DNA of 64,000 bases from Minisyncoccota bacterium (GCA_036169735.1 JAVHNX010000036.1:13681-77680), one strand, 5' to 3'; counted from the stretch's first letter, positions 40,284 through 51,048 are shown. Translations and numbers: made by a program. Notes: generated by a model from the sequence alone, not told the origin.

Positions 40284-40336
40284 CAAGCATTTCGTGGTCA
40301 CGAAAAGCTTGCTAAAAATAATGGGGTGTGTATAAT
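40284..40336. promoter_or_regulatory. Operator-like inverted repeat and dnaK promoter
   Basis: CAAGCATTTCGTG-GT-CACGAAAAGCTTG (12/13) between divergent promoters; TTGCTA-16-TATAAT toward dnaK. Confidence 0.6.
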
Positions 40337-40347
40337 TGTCTATGTTC

Positions 40348-40490
40348 ATTAAAATTAATCTTTTTATAAAGCAATCTGTCTGGCGGAGCTTCGCCAGCGA
40401 ACTGCTCGTCGCTCAAGAAAATAATAAATGGAATACCATTTTTATTTTCTAAGCTCCTGTGCAAGACTTTCTAAAAAAATTAATTTTAAT
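40348..40490 (+). other. Structured dnaK leader (24-nt closing arms around nested hairpins)
   Basis: Arms 40348-40371/40467-40490 (22/24); inner CTGGCGGA-GC-TTCGCCAG and AGAAAATAA...TTATTTTCT. Confidence 0.6.
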
Positions 40491-40519
40491 TTACCTTATA
40501 AACTTAATAAAATAAAATT

Positions 40520-42436
40520 ATGGCAAAAATAATAGGAATAGACTTAGGTACAACAAACTCAGCGGTCGCTATCATCGAAGGTGGTGCGCCAAAAATAATA
40601 GAAAATATTGAAGGTGCTCGTACGACTCCTTCGGTAGTTTCTGTTGCAAAAAATGGAGACAGACTTGTCGGTCTTTTAGCAAAAAGACAAGCGGTCACAA
40701 ATCCTGAAAATACCATCTATGGTATCAAGCGTTTTATGGGTCACAATTTTGAAGATCCAGAAGTACAGAAAGATTTAAAGAATGCTTCTTTTAAAATTCA
40801 GAAAGGTGCAAATGGTGGAGTAGAAGTTAAAATTGGAGATAAGTGGATGCGTCCAGAAGAAATTTCTGCGATGATTCTTTCTAAAATTAAAACAGACGTG
40901 GAAGCAAAGATCGGTGAGAAGATCACTGAAGCGATTATTACTGTACCTGCATATTTTAATGACACACAAAGACAAGCAACTATTGATGCGGGTAAAATTG
41001 CTGGCCTGACTGTAAAAAGAATTATCAATGAACCGACAGCTGCAGCATTGGCTTATGGTTTGAACTCAAAGAAAAATGAAAAGATTGTAGTCTACGATTT
41101 CGGAGGCGGAACAACTGATATCTCTGTTCTTGAAGTTGGTGATGATGTTATCGAAGTTAAATCTACTGATGGTGACAGTCACCTTGGTGGACGTGATATC
41201 GATCACAAAATTATAAATTGGATTGCTGACGAATTTAAAAAGACTTCCGGTGTAGATGTAAGAACTGATGCATTGGCATTGCAGCGTCTTGATGAAGCTG
41301 CAGAAAAAGCAAAAATCGAACTCTCAACAGCTATCGAAACTGAAATAAATATTCCTTTCATTACTTCCACCGCAGCTGGCCCTCAGCACTTGTTGTTGAA
41401 AATGACTCGTGCTCAATTGGAGTCTATCGCTGACGAATATATCACTCGTTCAATAGATATTGCAAAGCGTGCAGTTGCAGCTTCTGGTTTTAAAATCGAA
41501 GAAATAAACGAAATCATAATGGTCGGAGGACAAACCAGAATGCCAAAAATTGTCGAAGAAATAAAGAAACTATTTGGTAAAACTCCAAACCTTACAATCA
41601 ATCCTGATGAAGTTGTTGCTCTTGGTGCTGCTGTTCAAGCAGGAGTATTGCAAGGTGATGTGCGTGATGTCCTTCTTCTTGATGTTATTCCTCTTTCCTT
41701 GGGTATTGAAACACTTGGAGGAGTTGCGACAAAACTTGTAGAAAGAAACACAACTATCCCTTCTTCAAAGTCACAAACATTTTCAACTGCAGCTGACAAT
41801 CAGACTTCTGTCGAAATACACATCGTGCAAGGTGAACGTCCAATGGCTTCCGATAACAAATCTCTAGGAAGATTTATCTTAGACGGTGTTCCTCCAGCTC
41901 CTCGTGGTATGCCACAAGTTGAAGTAACTTTCGATGTTGATGCCAATGGTATTTTGAATGTTACTGCGAAAGAAAAAACTAGTGGTAAAACTCAGACTAT
42001 CAGAATCGAAGCTAGTTCTGGGTTGAAACCTGAAGATATCAAAAAAATGCAAGAAGATGCAGAGCTTCATGCTGATGAAGATAAAAAGAAAAAAGAAGTC
42101 GCTGATGCAAAGAACACAGCTGACATGACTATCTTTACTGCAGAGAAAGCATTAAAAGATAATGAAGGAAAAATTTCAGAAGAAACAAAGAAAGGTGTTG
42201 AAGAAAAAATAACAGCATTGCGTGGAGTAAAAGAAGGTTCAGACATAGAGGCAATAAAGAAATCTATAGATGAACTTTCCAGTGAAATGTCTAAAATTGG
42301 TGAAGAAATGGTAAAAGCATCTTCCAAAGTAGATGATGCTGGTGCACCACCAGTAGAGCCAAAAGAAGAAGCTTCTACTCATGAAGCTGGTTCTAAGGAA
42401 GGTGAAACTCCATCCGCTGACGAAGCTGCAAAATAA
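40520..42436 (+). CDS. dnaK: Chaperone DnaK
   Basis: [33 protein letters not shown]. Confidence 0.98.
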   Translation: MAKIIGIDLGTTNSAVAIIEGGAPKIIENIEGARTTPSVVSVAKNGDRLVGLLAKRQAVTNPENTIYGIKRFMGHNFEDPEVQKDLKNASFKIQKGANGGVEVKIGDKWMRPEEISAMILSKIKTDVEAKIGEKITEAIITVPAYFNDTQRQATIDAGKIAGLTVKRIINEPTAAALAYGLNSKKNEKIVVYDFGGGTTDISVLEVGDDVIEVKSTDGDSHLGGRDIDHKIINWIADEFKKTSGVDVRTDALALQRLDEAAEKAKIELSTAIETEINIPFITSTAAGPQHLLLKMTRAQLESIADEYITRSIDIAKRAVAASGFKIEEINEIIMVGGQTRMPKIVEEIKKLFGKTPNLTINPDEVVALGAAVQAGVLQGDVRDVLLLDVIPLSLGIETLGGVATKLVERNTTIPSSKSQTFSTAADNQTSVEIHIVQGERPMASDNKSLGRFILDGVPPAPRGMPQVEVTFDVDANGILNVTAKEKTSGKTQTIRIEASSGLKPEDIKKMQEDAELHADEDKKKKEVADAKNTADMTIFTAEKALKDNEGKISEETKKGVEEKITALRGVKEGSDIEAIKKSIDELSSEMSKIGEEMVKASSKVDDAGAPPVEPKEEASTHEAGSKEGETPSADEAAK

Positions 42437-42546
42437 TATAAATATTGCGAAGGACAGTCTTCCGTAGAAAGTAAAAATCCTCTCCGACTTTGGTTGTAGG
42501 GAATTTTTACTTTCACCTATTTTTAATTTTTGCTATAATTCATTTT

Positions 42547-44661
42547 ATGGAGAATCCTAAAATACCAATCAATAAAGATATGACATATATAGGTCAGACG
42601 ACCTTTAGAGATAAGAATCAGATCTTTGGTATGAAGCGCAGAGATAGACGTCAGCACGTATATGTTCTTGGAAAATCTGGTACTGGTAAATCTGTGCTAC
42701 TTTCCAATATGATTGTTCAGAACATTCAAAACGGAGATGGTGTTTGCGTTGTTGATCCTCACGGAGAATTAGTTGAAAGTGTTTTACAATCTATTCCAAC
42801 TGACCGTATCAAAGATGTTATTTATTTCAACCCAGCTGATACGGATTACCATATAGGCTTTAATGTTATTGAAATTCTAGATCCAAAATATAAACATTTG
42901 GTGGCTTCAGGCTTGATGGGAATTTTCACTAAGATCTGGGCAAATGCTTGGTCTGCTCGTATGGAATATATTTTAAATAATACAATCTTGGCATTGTTGG
43001 ATACTCCAGGTTCGACTCTTCTTGGTATTCCAAGAATGTTAGTGGACAAAGAATATCGCAAAAAAATAATTGAAAATTTAAAGGATCCAGTCATTAAAGC
43101 TTTTTGGATACATGAGTACGAAGCTTGGAATGAAAAATTTAGAAATGAAGCTATTGCTCCGATTCAGAACAAAGTTGGACAATTTCTTTCTTCTTCTATC
43201 ATTAGAAATGTTGTAGGTCAATCAATGAGTACCATTAATGTTTTTGATATCATGAATGAAGGTAAAATTTTCTTGGTGAACGTTTCCAAGGGACGTATTG
43301 GTGAAGATAATTCCGCATTGCTTGGAGGTATGATTATTACCAAGATCCAGCTCGCTGCAATGGAGCGTGTGCGTATTCCTGAAGATGAAAGAAAAGACTT
43401 TTATTTATATGTCGACGAGTTCCAGAACTTCGTGACTGATTCTTTTGCCAGTATTTTGTCTGAAGCTCGAAAATACCGATTGAATCTAACTGTTGCTCAC
43501 CAGTACACAGCTCAGCTCGTGATTGATGGGTCTTCGGCAGTGCGTGACGCTGTCTTCGGCAACGTCGGTACGATGATTGTATTTCGAGTGGGTGCTGATG
43601 ATGCACTCTTTTTGGAAAAAGAATTTGAACCAGAATTCACTCCACAGGATATCGTGAACTTGCCGAACTATCGTATTTATTTACGTTTGATGATTGATGG
43701 TATTGGTTCACGTCCATTTTCTGCAAAGACTTTGCCTCCAATAGCAAAAAATCCAGATACTCAAGTTGAAGATAAAGTTATCAGTATGTCTCGCGCACTT
43801 TACTGTAAAAAGAAAGAAGTAGTTGAACAAGAAATAAATGATTGGAGTGGTATGTCTATCGGGAATATTGTCAGTACCAGTCCTATTAGTAATGTTGAAA
43901 AATTCCCAGCTGTTTGTTCTAATTGTAAAAAGGAAACTTCAGTACCATTTAAGCCTGAACCAGGACGACCGATTTATTGTAAGGATTGTATTGCAAAAAT
44001 AAAATCTGGAGAAATAAAGCCACTTCCACAACCAGCTCCTGTTAAAGAACCAATAAATGAAGTTAAAGTAGAACCAGTAAAGTCTGGAATTCTTTCAACA
44101 CTTACAAAAGTTTTAAAACCCATTATTCCGATTATTCCTATTCGTGCTCCATCAGAAATTAAGCGAAATGATTCTGTAGAATCAAAAGCTTTTACTAAAG
44201 CTCCGACTGTTCCTGTTGTTTCAGTGCCTCCAGTTCAAAAAGAAGCCCCAAGGCCATTTATTACTCGTCCTATACCAGCCCCAGTAAAACCTACAGAAAA
44301 TACAGCTTTGAGAGATATTTTAAATAAGACTTTGTCTGAGAGTAAAGTTCTTGAGAAACTTATTGTAGTACCAGAGGTAAAAGAAATTAAAATTCCCGTA
44401 CCACCTCCTGCAATGTCATTGAGTGATTTAAAAAGAACAAATCCTATATCAACAAATTCTCTAAATAATAATGATAGATCTGCAAGTGCTGAAGATATGA
44501 ATAAACTTAAAAACTTTATTTTTGAAAAAGTACCCACAGTATCACAAGAAAAAAAAGTTGAGCCGGTGAGCGAGGAAGTAAAAAAAGAAATTCCAGTCCC
44601 AACACCTCCAAAAAATATAAAAGAAGTGCCTGAAGATGTGTTAAAGAAGATTTTAGAATAG
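42547..44661 (+). CDS. DUF87/TraD-like (coupling-protein/HerA family) ATPase with CxxC-x17-CxxC zinc ribbon
   Basis: GKSGTGKS, VDPHGE, YVDEFQNF, EARKYRLNL..AHQ; CSNC...PF.P..GRPIYCKDC; Pro-rich tail. Confidence 0.82.
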   Translation: MENPKIPINKDMTYIGQTTFRDKNQIFGMKRRDRRQHVYVLGKSGTGKSVLLSNMIVQNIQNGDGVCVVDPHGELVESVLQSIPTDRIKDVIYFNPADTDYHIGFNVIEILDPKYKHLVASGLMGIFTKIWANAWSARMEYILNNTILALLDTPGSTLLGIPRMLVDKEYRKKIIENLKDPVIKAFWIHEYEAWNEKFRNEAIAPIQNKVGQFLSSSIIRNVVGQSMSTINVFDIMNEGKIFLVNVSKGRIGEDNSALLGGMIITKIQLAAMERVRIPEDERKDFYLYVDEFQNFVTDSFASILSEARKYRLNLTVAHQYTAQLVIDGSSAVRDAVFGNVGTMIVFRVGADDALFLEKEFEPEFTPQDIVNLPNYRIYLRLMIDGIGSRPFSAKTLPPIAKNPDTQVEDKVISMSRALYCKKKEVVEQEINDWSGMSIGNIVSTSPISNVEKFPAVCSNCKKETSVPFKPEPGRPIYCKDCIAKIKSGEIKPLPQPAPVKEPINEVKVEPVKSGILSTLTKVLKPIIPIIPIRAPSEIKRNDSVESKAFTKAPTVPVVSVPPVQKEAPRPFITRPIPAPVKPTENTALRDILNKTLSESKVLEKLIVVPEVKEIKIPVPPPAMSLSDLKRTNPISTNSLNNNDRSASAEDMNKLKNFIFEKVPTVSQEKKVEPVSEEVKKEIPVPTPPKNIKEVPEDVLKKILE

Positions 44662-44761
44662 TTATACATATACATGGGAGTTTCCTATGTAGTTGCAATC
44701 TTCACTAGAAATAAAAAATTATTATCTATTTTAAAACATAAAAATGTTATAATATTTCGGT

Positions 44762-45748
44762 ATGGTATTAAAAAAGACACTAAAAAAGAAAGATGTTGTT
44801 ATTTACCAAGCCAAAAATGGAGCTATTGAACTTCGTGGTGATTTTTCTCGTGAAACTGTGTGGGCTACTCAGGCGCAGATTGCTGATGTTTTTCAGACTG
44901 AAAGATCTGTTGTGACTAAGCATATAAGAAATATTCTTAATGATAAAGAACTTAATGCTAATTCAGTATGTGCAAAATTTGCACATACTGCAGATGATGG
45001 AAAGGTTTATCAAGTACAATTTTATAATCTTGATGTTATTTTAGCTGTTGGATATAGAACAAGTTCAAAGAAGGCTATTGAATTTCGTCAGTGGGCAACA
45101 AAAACGTTACGAAGCTATATCGTAGATGGTTTTGCAATAAATAAAAACCGAATTGCTAAAAATTATGAACATTTTTTAAATGTTGTTGATGATATTAAAA
45201 AACTTTTGCCAGCTGAATCTACGGTTAATCCAAAAGATGCTATAGAACTCATATCACTTTTTGCTGATACTTGGCTTTCTTTGGATGCTTATGATCGAGA
45301 AATTTTATCAAAAGGAAAGCTTACAAAAAAGAAAGTTAACATTACTTCCGAAAAAATTTCACGAGATTTATTCGAGCTTAGAAAAATTCTTATTGAAAAA
45401 GGTGAAGCGACAGATATTTTTGGTCACGAAAGAAATGTTGGTTTTGTGTCGGGAATAGTTGATAATGTAATGCAGTCATTCGGAGGCAATGAACTTTATC
45501 CAACAGTTGAAGAAAAGGCTGCACATCTTTTGTATTTTATGGTAAAGAACCATCCATTTACTGATGGTAATAAACGTTCAGGAGCTTTTGCTTTTGTTTG
45601 GTTATTGAAACAGGCAAATATTCTTGATATTCAAAAATTAAGCCCTTCAGCCCTGACAGCATTAACTGTGCTTGTGGCAGAAAGTGACCCAAATCATAAA
45701 GATAAGATTATTAAACTCATTTTGAATCTTATTTCAAAGAATAATTAA
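44762..45748 (+). CDS. RhuM-like/Fic(Doc) fusion protein
   Basis: ETVWATQAQIA..F, FYNLDVILAVGYR...FRQWAT; Fic motif HPFTDGNKRSG. Confidence 0.85.
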   Translation: MVLKKTLKKKDVVIYQAKNGAIELRGDFSRETVWATQAQIADVFQTERSVVTKHIRNILNDKELNANSVCAKFAHTADDGKVYQVQFYNLDVILAVGYRTSSKKAIEFRQWATKTLRSYIVDGFAINKNRIAKNYEHFLNVVDDIKKLLPAESTVNPKDAIELISLFADTWLSLDAYDREILSKGKLTKKKVNITSEKISRDLFELRKILIEKGEATDIFGHERNVGFVSGIVDNVMQSFGGNELYPTVEEKAAHLLYFMVKNHPFTDGNKRSGAFAFVWLLKQANILDIQKLSPSALTALTVLVAESDPNHKDKIIKLILNLISKNN

Positions 45749-45805
45749 ATATATTTGTTAATGATTATATAAATAATATAATATATGTTATATTGCATAA
45801 ACTAA

Positions 45806-46462
45806 ATGAAAAAAGATTATTACAAAACTTTAGGGGTAGAAAAAGGCGCATCGAAAGAAGAGATTAAAAAAGCTTTTCATAAGTTGGCGCATAAATATCA
45901 TCCCGATAAAAAAGAAGGCGATGAAGCTAAATTCAAAGAGGTAAATGAAGCTTATCAGACTCTTTCTGATGATTCCAAGCGTTCAAAATACGACCAATTT
46001 GGTCCTGGTTTTGAAAACATGCAAGGCGGTGGGCAAGGACAAGGCGGATACCAACAAGGTGGTTTCAGTGGAGGTTTTGAAGGTTTCGATTTTTCTGGTT
46101 TTCAGAATGGAGGAAGTGCAGATTTTGACTTAAATGATATTTTTGGTGAATTTTTTGGTGGTGGTTTTCGTACTCAGAGAACTCCACGCGGAAGAGATAT
46201 GAAGACTGAATTATCTATTTCTCTTGTTGATTCTATTTTAGGTTCAGATAAAAAAATATCCATTAGTGGACATGACGATATTGTAATAAAAATTCCAGCT
46301 GGAATTCAGAGTGGTCAGACCATAAAAATGACTGGTGGTGGAGAACAAATAAAAGATGGAAAGCCTGGAGATTTGTATATTCTTATTACGATAAAAATAC
46401 CAAGCAAGATTTCCAAGAAAGCTCGTGAACTTCTAGAAGAACTGAAAAAAGAGGGAATTTAG
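45806..46462 (+). CDS. dnaJ: Short DnaJ-class chaperone
   Basis: J domain with HPD, G/F region, single C-terminal domain, no CxxCxGxG repeats. Confidence 0.85.
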   Translation: MKKDYYKTLGVEKGASKEEIKKAFHKLAHKYHPDKKEGDEAKFKEVNEAYQTLSDDSKRSKYDQFGPGFENMQGGGQGQGGYQQGGFSGGFEGFDFSGFQNGGSADFDLNDIFGEFFGGGFRTQRTPRGRDMKTELSISLVDSILGSDKKISISGHDDIVIKIPAGIQSGQTIKMTGGGEQIKDGKPGDLYILITIKIPSKISKKARELLEELKKEGI

Positions 46463-46536
46463 TAGAAAACTTATTAGGTTAGCTTATTTTATATACAATA
46501 ATTTGCCTTTTTTAAAATTTTGTATATAATGTCTTC

Positions 46537-47175
46537 ATGCTTAAATTAACAGCGAAAAGTAGAGATATTAAAGAAGACTTAAAAGAAATGCGAAAAGCAG
46601 GTGAATTACCCGCTGTATTTTATGGAGCAGACAAAAAAACTACTTCCATCTCAGTATCAAAAATAGAATTTAAAAAAGTTTGGTTGAAAGCTGGAGAATC
46701 TTCTACAGTTGAAATCACAACACCAGAAGGAAAAGTGAATGTTCTAATTCATGATGTTCAGGTTGATCCTGTTACAGATGAACCTATACACATAGATTTC
46801 TTGGCTATCGATATGAACAAGAAGATTACTGTTCATGTTCCTTTTGAATTCGAAGGTGTTTCCGAGGCAGTTAAAAATGGTTCTGGAACCCTTGTCAAAG
46901 TAGCACACGAAATCGAAGTCGAAGCTCTTCCAAAAGATCTTCCACACAATATCGTTGTTGATATTTCTAAACTTAAAACTTTACACGACCAGGTTCTTAT
47001 TTCAGATTTGAAAGTCCCAGCTGGAGTTACAATTCTTGGTGAAGTTGATGAAGTTATTGCTTCTATTGCTGTTCAAGTAGAAGAAGTAGAAGAAGAAGCT
47101 TCCCTAGTTGATCTATCTGCAATCGAAGTTGAAAAGAAAGGAAAGAAAGAAGAGGAAGCTACTCCTGCAGAATAA
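46537..47175 (+). CDS. rplY: 50S ribosomal protein L25/Ctc
   Basis: R..G.LPAVFYG, HIDF, EALPKDLP..I.VDIS. Confidence 0.93.
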   Translation: MLKLTAKSRDIKEDLKEMRKAGELPAVFYGADKKTTSISVSKIEFKKVWLKAGESSTVEITTPEGKVNVLIHDVQVDPVTDEPIHIDFLAIDMNKKITVHVPFEFEGVSEAVKNGSGTLVKVAHEIEVEALPKDLPHNIVVDISKLKTLHDQVLISDLKVPAGVTILGEVDEVIASIAVQVEEVEEEASLVDLSAIEVEKKGKKEEEATPAE

Positions 47176-47206
47176 AAATAAATCAAATTATGTTATAATA
47201 GAAGCT

Positions 47207-48550
47207 ATGATACGGAAAATGGTCATGGCTTTTATTTTTGCTATATTTTTGTTTTCAAGTTTTTCAGTGAATAAAACATTCGCTGTTTTTGATTGTTTAA
47301 CACTTTCTATTTCCTCTTCTCAGACAGACAAGGATTACTGTCGTAGTGAATTAAGCCAAATAGAACAACAGCTGACTGAACTCTTAGCAAAACAAAAAGA
47401 ACAACAGAAACAGACTGGTACACTGAAAGGTGATGTTAATTATTTGACTAGCCAGATTAATGCTTTAAAAACCAAAATCAAAGCCCGTGCGTTAGTTATT
47501 GCACAATTAAAAGTTTCTATTAGTGATAAGGTAAAAACAATAGGGACTCTATCGGATAAAATAGATCGTGAGCATGAGTCTCTTGCTCAGCTTTTACGTA
47601 ATACCAATGAGTTTGACAATGAAAATATGATACATTTGATTCTTTCTGATCAATCCGTTTCAGATTTTTATAGTGATTTAGAATCTTATGCTTCTATTAA
47701 ACAAGCTGTAAAAGCTTCCGTTGAAGAAATTACTGGAGTAAAACAAGAAACAGAAATACAAAAGAAAGATTTAGAGATAAAACAAAATGCAGAAATTGAT
47801 GCCAGAGATGAACTGCAAAGTGCACAGAAAAAAGTTGTTCAATCAGAAGCGGACAAGAAAAAGTTATTAGCTATTTCAAAAGAAAAAGAGTCTGCTTATC
47901 AAAAACTTGCTGCTGATAAAAAAGCTAGAGCTGACAAAATTCGTTCTGCACTTTTCGCTTTGCGTGATACTAAAGCAATTCCTTTCGGAACAGCTTTGAA
48001 GTATGCTCAAGAAGCCGAGAAAAAAACTGGGGTACGCCCAGCATTCGTTCTTGCTATTCTTACCCAGGAGACAAACTTGGGTGAAAATATTGGTACTTGT
48101 AATCGTGTGACTGATTCAGCTGCAAAAAATTGGGTAAATATTATGAAACCAAGCCGTGACTTGGAGCCATTTAAGAGAATCACTTCGGCTTTGGGGATAA
48201 ATCCAGAAGGCACTCCGCTTTCTTGTCCTTGGAATGGTGGTTATGGTGGAGCGATGGGCCCTTCACAATTTATTCCTTCTACGTGGGAACTTTATGCATC
48301 AAAAATTGCGAAAGCACTTGGTATAAGTGGAATGCCAAATCCATGGGAACCTAAGGATGCTTTCTTCGCATCATCTATTTATTTAGGAGAATTAGGTGCC
48401 TCAAAAGGAGGATTTACTGCTGAACGTACTGCTGCTTTGAAATATTATGCTGGCGGTAATTGGAATAAAAAGGCTAATGCTTTCTATGGTGATGGTGTTA
48501 TGAGAAAAGCTAGTCTCATCCAAGCTGATATAGATTTGCTTTCAAACTAG
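47207..48550 (+). CDS. Secreted coiled-coil lytic murein transglycosylase
   Basis: Signal peptide, long coiled coil, AILTQETNLG (catalytic Glu), GGAMGPSQFIPSTW, NPW..DA. Confidence 0.82.
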   Translation: MIRKMVMAFIFAIFLFSSFSVNKTFAVFDCLTLSISSSQTDKDYCRSELSQIEQQLTELLAKQKEQQKQTGTLKGDVNYLTSQINALKTKIKARALVIAQLKVSISDKVKTIGTLSDKIDREHESLAQLLRNTNEFDNENMIHLILSDQSVSDFYSDLESYASIKQAVKASVEEITGVKQETEIQKKDLEIKQNAEIDARDELQSAQKKVVQSEADKKKLLAISKEKESAYQKLAADKKARADKIRSALFALRDTKAIPFGTALKYAQEAEKKTGVRPAFVLAILTQETNLGENIGTCNRVTDSAAKNWVNIMKPSRDLEPFKRITSALGINPEGTPLSCPWNGGYGGAMGPSQFIPSTWELYASKIAKALGISGMPNPWEPKDAFFASSIYLGELGASKGGFTAERTAALKYYAGGNWNKKANAFYGDGVMRKASLIQADIDLLSN

Positions 48551-48571
48551 GTTTATGATAATCTCTTAAGT

Positions 48572-48784
48572 ATGAAAAAAGGTATACATCCAAAATTTAG
48601 CACAAAAACCAAGGCCGCCTGTGCGTGTGGGGCTGAGTTTGAAGTTGGTTCCACTTTGCCTGAAATTTCAGTTGAAATCTGCAGTCAGTGTCACCCTTTC
48701 TATACTGGTAATGAAAAGATCATGGATACTGCTGGACGTGTTGAACGTTTCAACAAGCGCCGAGCTGCATCTCCAAAGAAATAA
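48572..48784 (+). CDS. rpmE: 50S ribosomal protein L31 (zinc-binding type)
   Basis: [27 protein letters not shown]. Confidence 0.96.
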   Translation: MKKGIHPKFSTKTKAACACGAEFEVGSTLPEISVEICSQCHPFYTGNEKIMDTAGRVERFNKRRAASPKK

Positions 48785-48792
48785 CTTCTTCT

Positions 48793-48825
48793 AAACACCC
48801 TCCTTGTATAAAGGAGGGTGTTTTT
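48793..48825 (+). terminator. Intrinsic terminator
   Basis: AAACACCCTCCTT-GTATA-AAGGAGGGTGTTTTT. Confidence 0.75.
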
Positions 48826-48842
48826 GATGATATAATAAATTT

Positions 48843-49814
48843 ATGGCATTTGATTTAGAAGAACTAAAAAAGAATCACAACACCAGCTACTTAGCAGGTA
48901 TTTTGGAGCGTCTAGCACGTGAAGAAGCTGAGGTACGAGAGATGCTTGCAGGCGATGATACTTTGCACGAAATGGCTCAAACTGAGCTTAAGTCAATTCA
49001 AGAACAAAGAGACGGTACTGAGAAGCAGATACAAGAAATTTTAGATAAAGATAAAGAAGAAGAAGAGTTTCCAAATGAAATCGTGCTTGAAGTACGAGCT
49101 GGAGCTGGTGGTGATGAAGCTGCTCTTTTTGCTTGGGAGCTCGCTCATATGTATGAAAGACTCGCTGAAGTTCAGGGTTGGCAATGGAAAGTAAATGATG
49201 AATCTAAAAATGATATCGGTGGATATAAAGAAGCTAGTTTTGAAATAAAAGGTAAGGATGTTTACAAAAAAATGCGTTATGAGACTGGCGTGCATAGAGT
49301 TCAAAGAATTCCAGCGACAGAAAAAAATGGCCGAGTGCATACTTCAACTGCGTCTGTGGCTATTTTGCCTATCAAGAAAAAAGTTAATTTTGTTATCAAC
49401 CCAGTTGATCTAGAAATGGAATATTCTCGTTCTGGTGGTAAAGGCGGACAAAATGTGAACAAAGTTGAGACAGCTGTACGTTTGATTCACATACCGACAG
49501 GACTTGATGTTCGTTCGACAAATGAAAGAAGTCAGCTTGCAAACCGTGAAAAGGCGATGATGATTTTGACTGCCAAAATTCAGCAATTAAAAGATGAGGA
49601 AGAAGCCAAAAAATATTCTAGTGAACGTAAAGGACAGATTGGAACAGGGGATAGAAGTGAGAAAATTCGTACTTACAATTTTCCACAAGACCGTGTGACT
49701 GATCACCGTATCAAAAAATCTTGGCATAATTTACCAAAGATAATGGAAGGTGGAATCGGAGAGGTTATAGAATCTATTGAATCCGGGGTCGTGGGGGACG
49801 AAGACGAGGAATAA
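48843..49814 (+). CDS. prfA: Peptide chain release factor 1 (N-terminally shortened)
   Basis: GAGGDEA, RF1-type PAT motif (RIPATE), GGQ, RTYNFPQDRVTDHR. Confidence 0.93.
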   Translation: MAFDLEELKKNHNTSYLAGILERLAREEAEVREMLAGDDTLHEMAQTELKSIQEQRDGTEKQIQEILDKDKEEEEFPNEIVLEVRAGAGGDEAALFAWELAHMYERLAEVQGWQWKVNDESKNDIGGYKEASFEIKGKDVYKKMRYETGVHRVQRIPATEKNGRVHTSTASVAILPIKKKVNFVINPVDLEMEYSRSGGKGGQNVNKVETAVRLIHIPTGLDVRSTNERSQLANREKAMMILTAKIQQLKDEEEAKKYSSERKGQIGTGDRSEKIRTYNFPQDRVTDHRIKKSWHNLPKIMEGGIGEVIESIESGVVGDEDEE

Positions 49815-49971
49815 CTTCGTGTTAAATATGTCAAAGATGCCCTTTGACATGCATATTGTTTATAGTATTTATCCACACAGTATAGTTTCATTGCTTTTTC
49901 TCACTTTTGTGCTATACTGCTCCAGTAGTTTCTCCAATAGCTTTTTGTTTGAGTTGTGAGTTTTGATTTGT

Positions 49972-49998
49972 ACCCCGTCGCTCGCGAGTGACAGGGTT
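49972..49998. repeat. CTCGCGAG-centred palindrome (copy 2) in the RRM gene leader
   Basis: ACCCCGTCGCTCGCGAGTGACAGGGTT. Confidence 0.7.
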
Positions 49999-50087
49999 TG
50001 GCACCAATTAGGCCAATTGAGCGACAAGAGTATCTACGCATTATAATTAGTTTTTGCCCGATTTTTTAAAACGGGAGAAATAATAAT

Positions 50088-50435
50088 ATGGCTACAAAGC
50101 TATACGTAGGGGGACTTCCTTACAGTACCCAAGAAGATGCTCTTAAAGAGCTTTTCGCACAAGCAGGAAATGTAACTTCTGCTGTGATTATCATGGACAA
50201 AATGTCCGGTCGCTCAAAAGGTTTTGGATTCGTTGAAATGTCAACAGACGAGGAAGCACAAGGTGCAGTCTCAATGTTTAACGGTCAAGAATTCGAAGGA
50301 CGCAAACTTACAGTTAACGAAGCTCGCCCTATGGAAGCTCGCCCACCAAGAACTGGTGGAGCAGGTGGATACAGTAGTGGAGGCAATAGTGGTGGATACG
50401 GCGGTGGAAACCGTGGTGGACGCCGAGAGTACTAA
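50088..50435 (+). CDS. RRM RNA-binding protein with Gly-rich tail
   Basis: RNP2 LYVGGL, RNP1 KGFGFVEM, LTVNEARP. Confidence 0.92.
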   Translation: MATKLYVGGLPYSTQEDALKELFAQAGNVTSAVIIMDKMSGRSKGFGFVEMSTDEEAQGAVSMFNGQEFEGRKLTVNEARPMEARPPRTGGAGGYSSGGNSGGYGGGNRGGRREY

Positions 50436-50454
50436 TCTCTTATTAGAGACTCAA

Positions 50455-50494
50455 AATAAAAAATACCCTGACTTCGGTCAGGGTATTTTTTATT
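50455..50494 (+). terminator. Intrinsic terminator
   Basis: AAAAAATACCCTGAC-TTCG-GTCAGGGTATTTTTT. Confidence 0.85.
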
Positions 50495-50645
50495 GTTTGA
50501 CTTTTTTATTATTTATGTTAATCTAAAATTGTTTTAGTTCTTCGACATATTGGTTCAATTATGAATTGTTTTGTTTTCCTTGGTTCTTTATAGAGGCAGG
50601 GAAAACAAAATAATTCACAGAATAGTTAAACCTAAAACAAAACAA

Positions 50646-51032
50646 ATGAAAATAGTAATTAGTTCACTCGTGATAGTAGTATTTAGTTTTCAAATGCTTA
50701 AAGCGCAACAAAAACAGAATTTAGAAAAAGAGAATGTTTCTAATGAATATTTCTATATGAAGCAAAAAGCAATAGAAACAGAAAATAAGTTTATGAATAC
50801 CGTACAAAATGTTATTCATGAATATTCTGTGCTGGACTCTCTTGAGAAAATTTATTTTGAGATTGAGCAGATTAAAAAAAGTAAAACTGTCTCGATTAGC
50901 TTCTTAAATAAGATGATTGATCAAAATAATGCTATTTTAAGAGCAAAAGAAGTTGCAGCCGAAGCTCAGCAAGAAAGCGATATTGCTTGCAGTCAGTTCA
51001 AATTATTAAATAACAACTACAAACCAGATTAA
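50646..51032 (+). CDS. Hypothetical secreted protein (orphan)
   Basis: Start MKIVISSL with signal peptide ending LKA|QQ; helical body. Confidence 0.6.
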   Translation: MKIVISSLVIVVFSFQMLKAQQKQNLEKENVSNEYFYMKQKAIETENKFMNTVQNVIHEYSVLDSLEKIYFEIEQIKKSKTVSISFLNKMIDQNNAILRAKEVAAEAQQESDIACSQFKLLNNNYKPD

Positions 51033-51048
51033 TAGAATTGAATAAATA

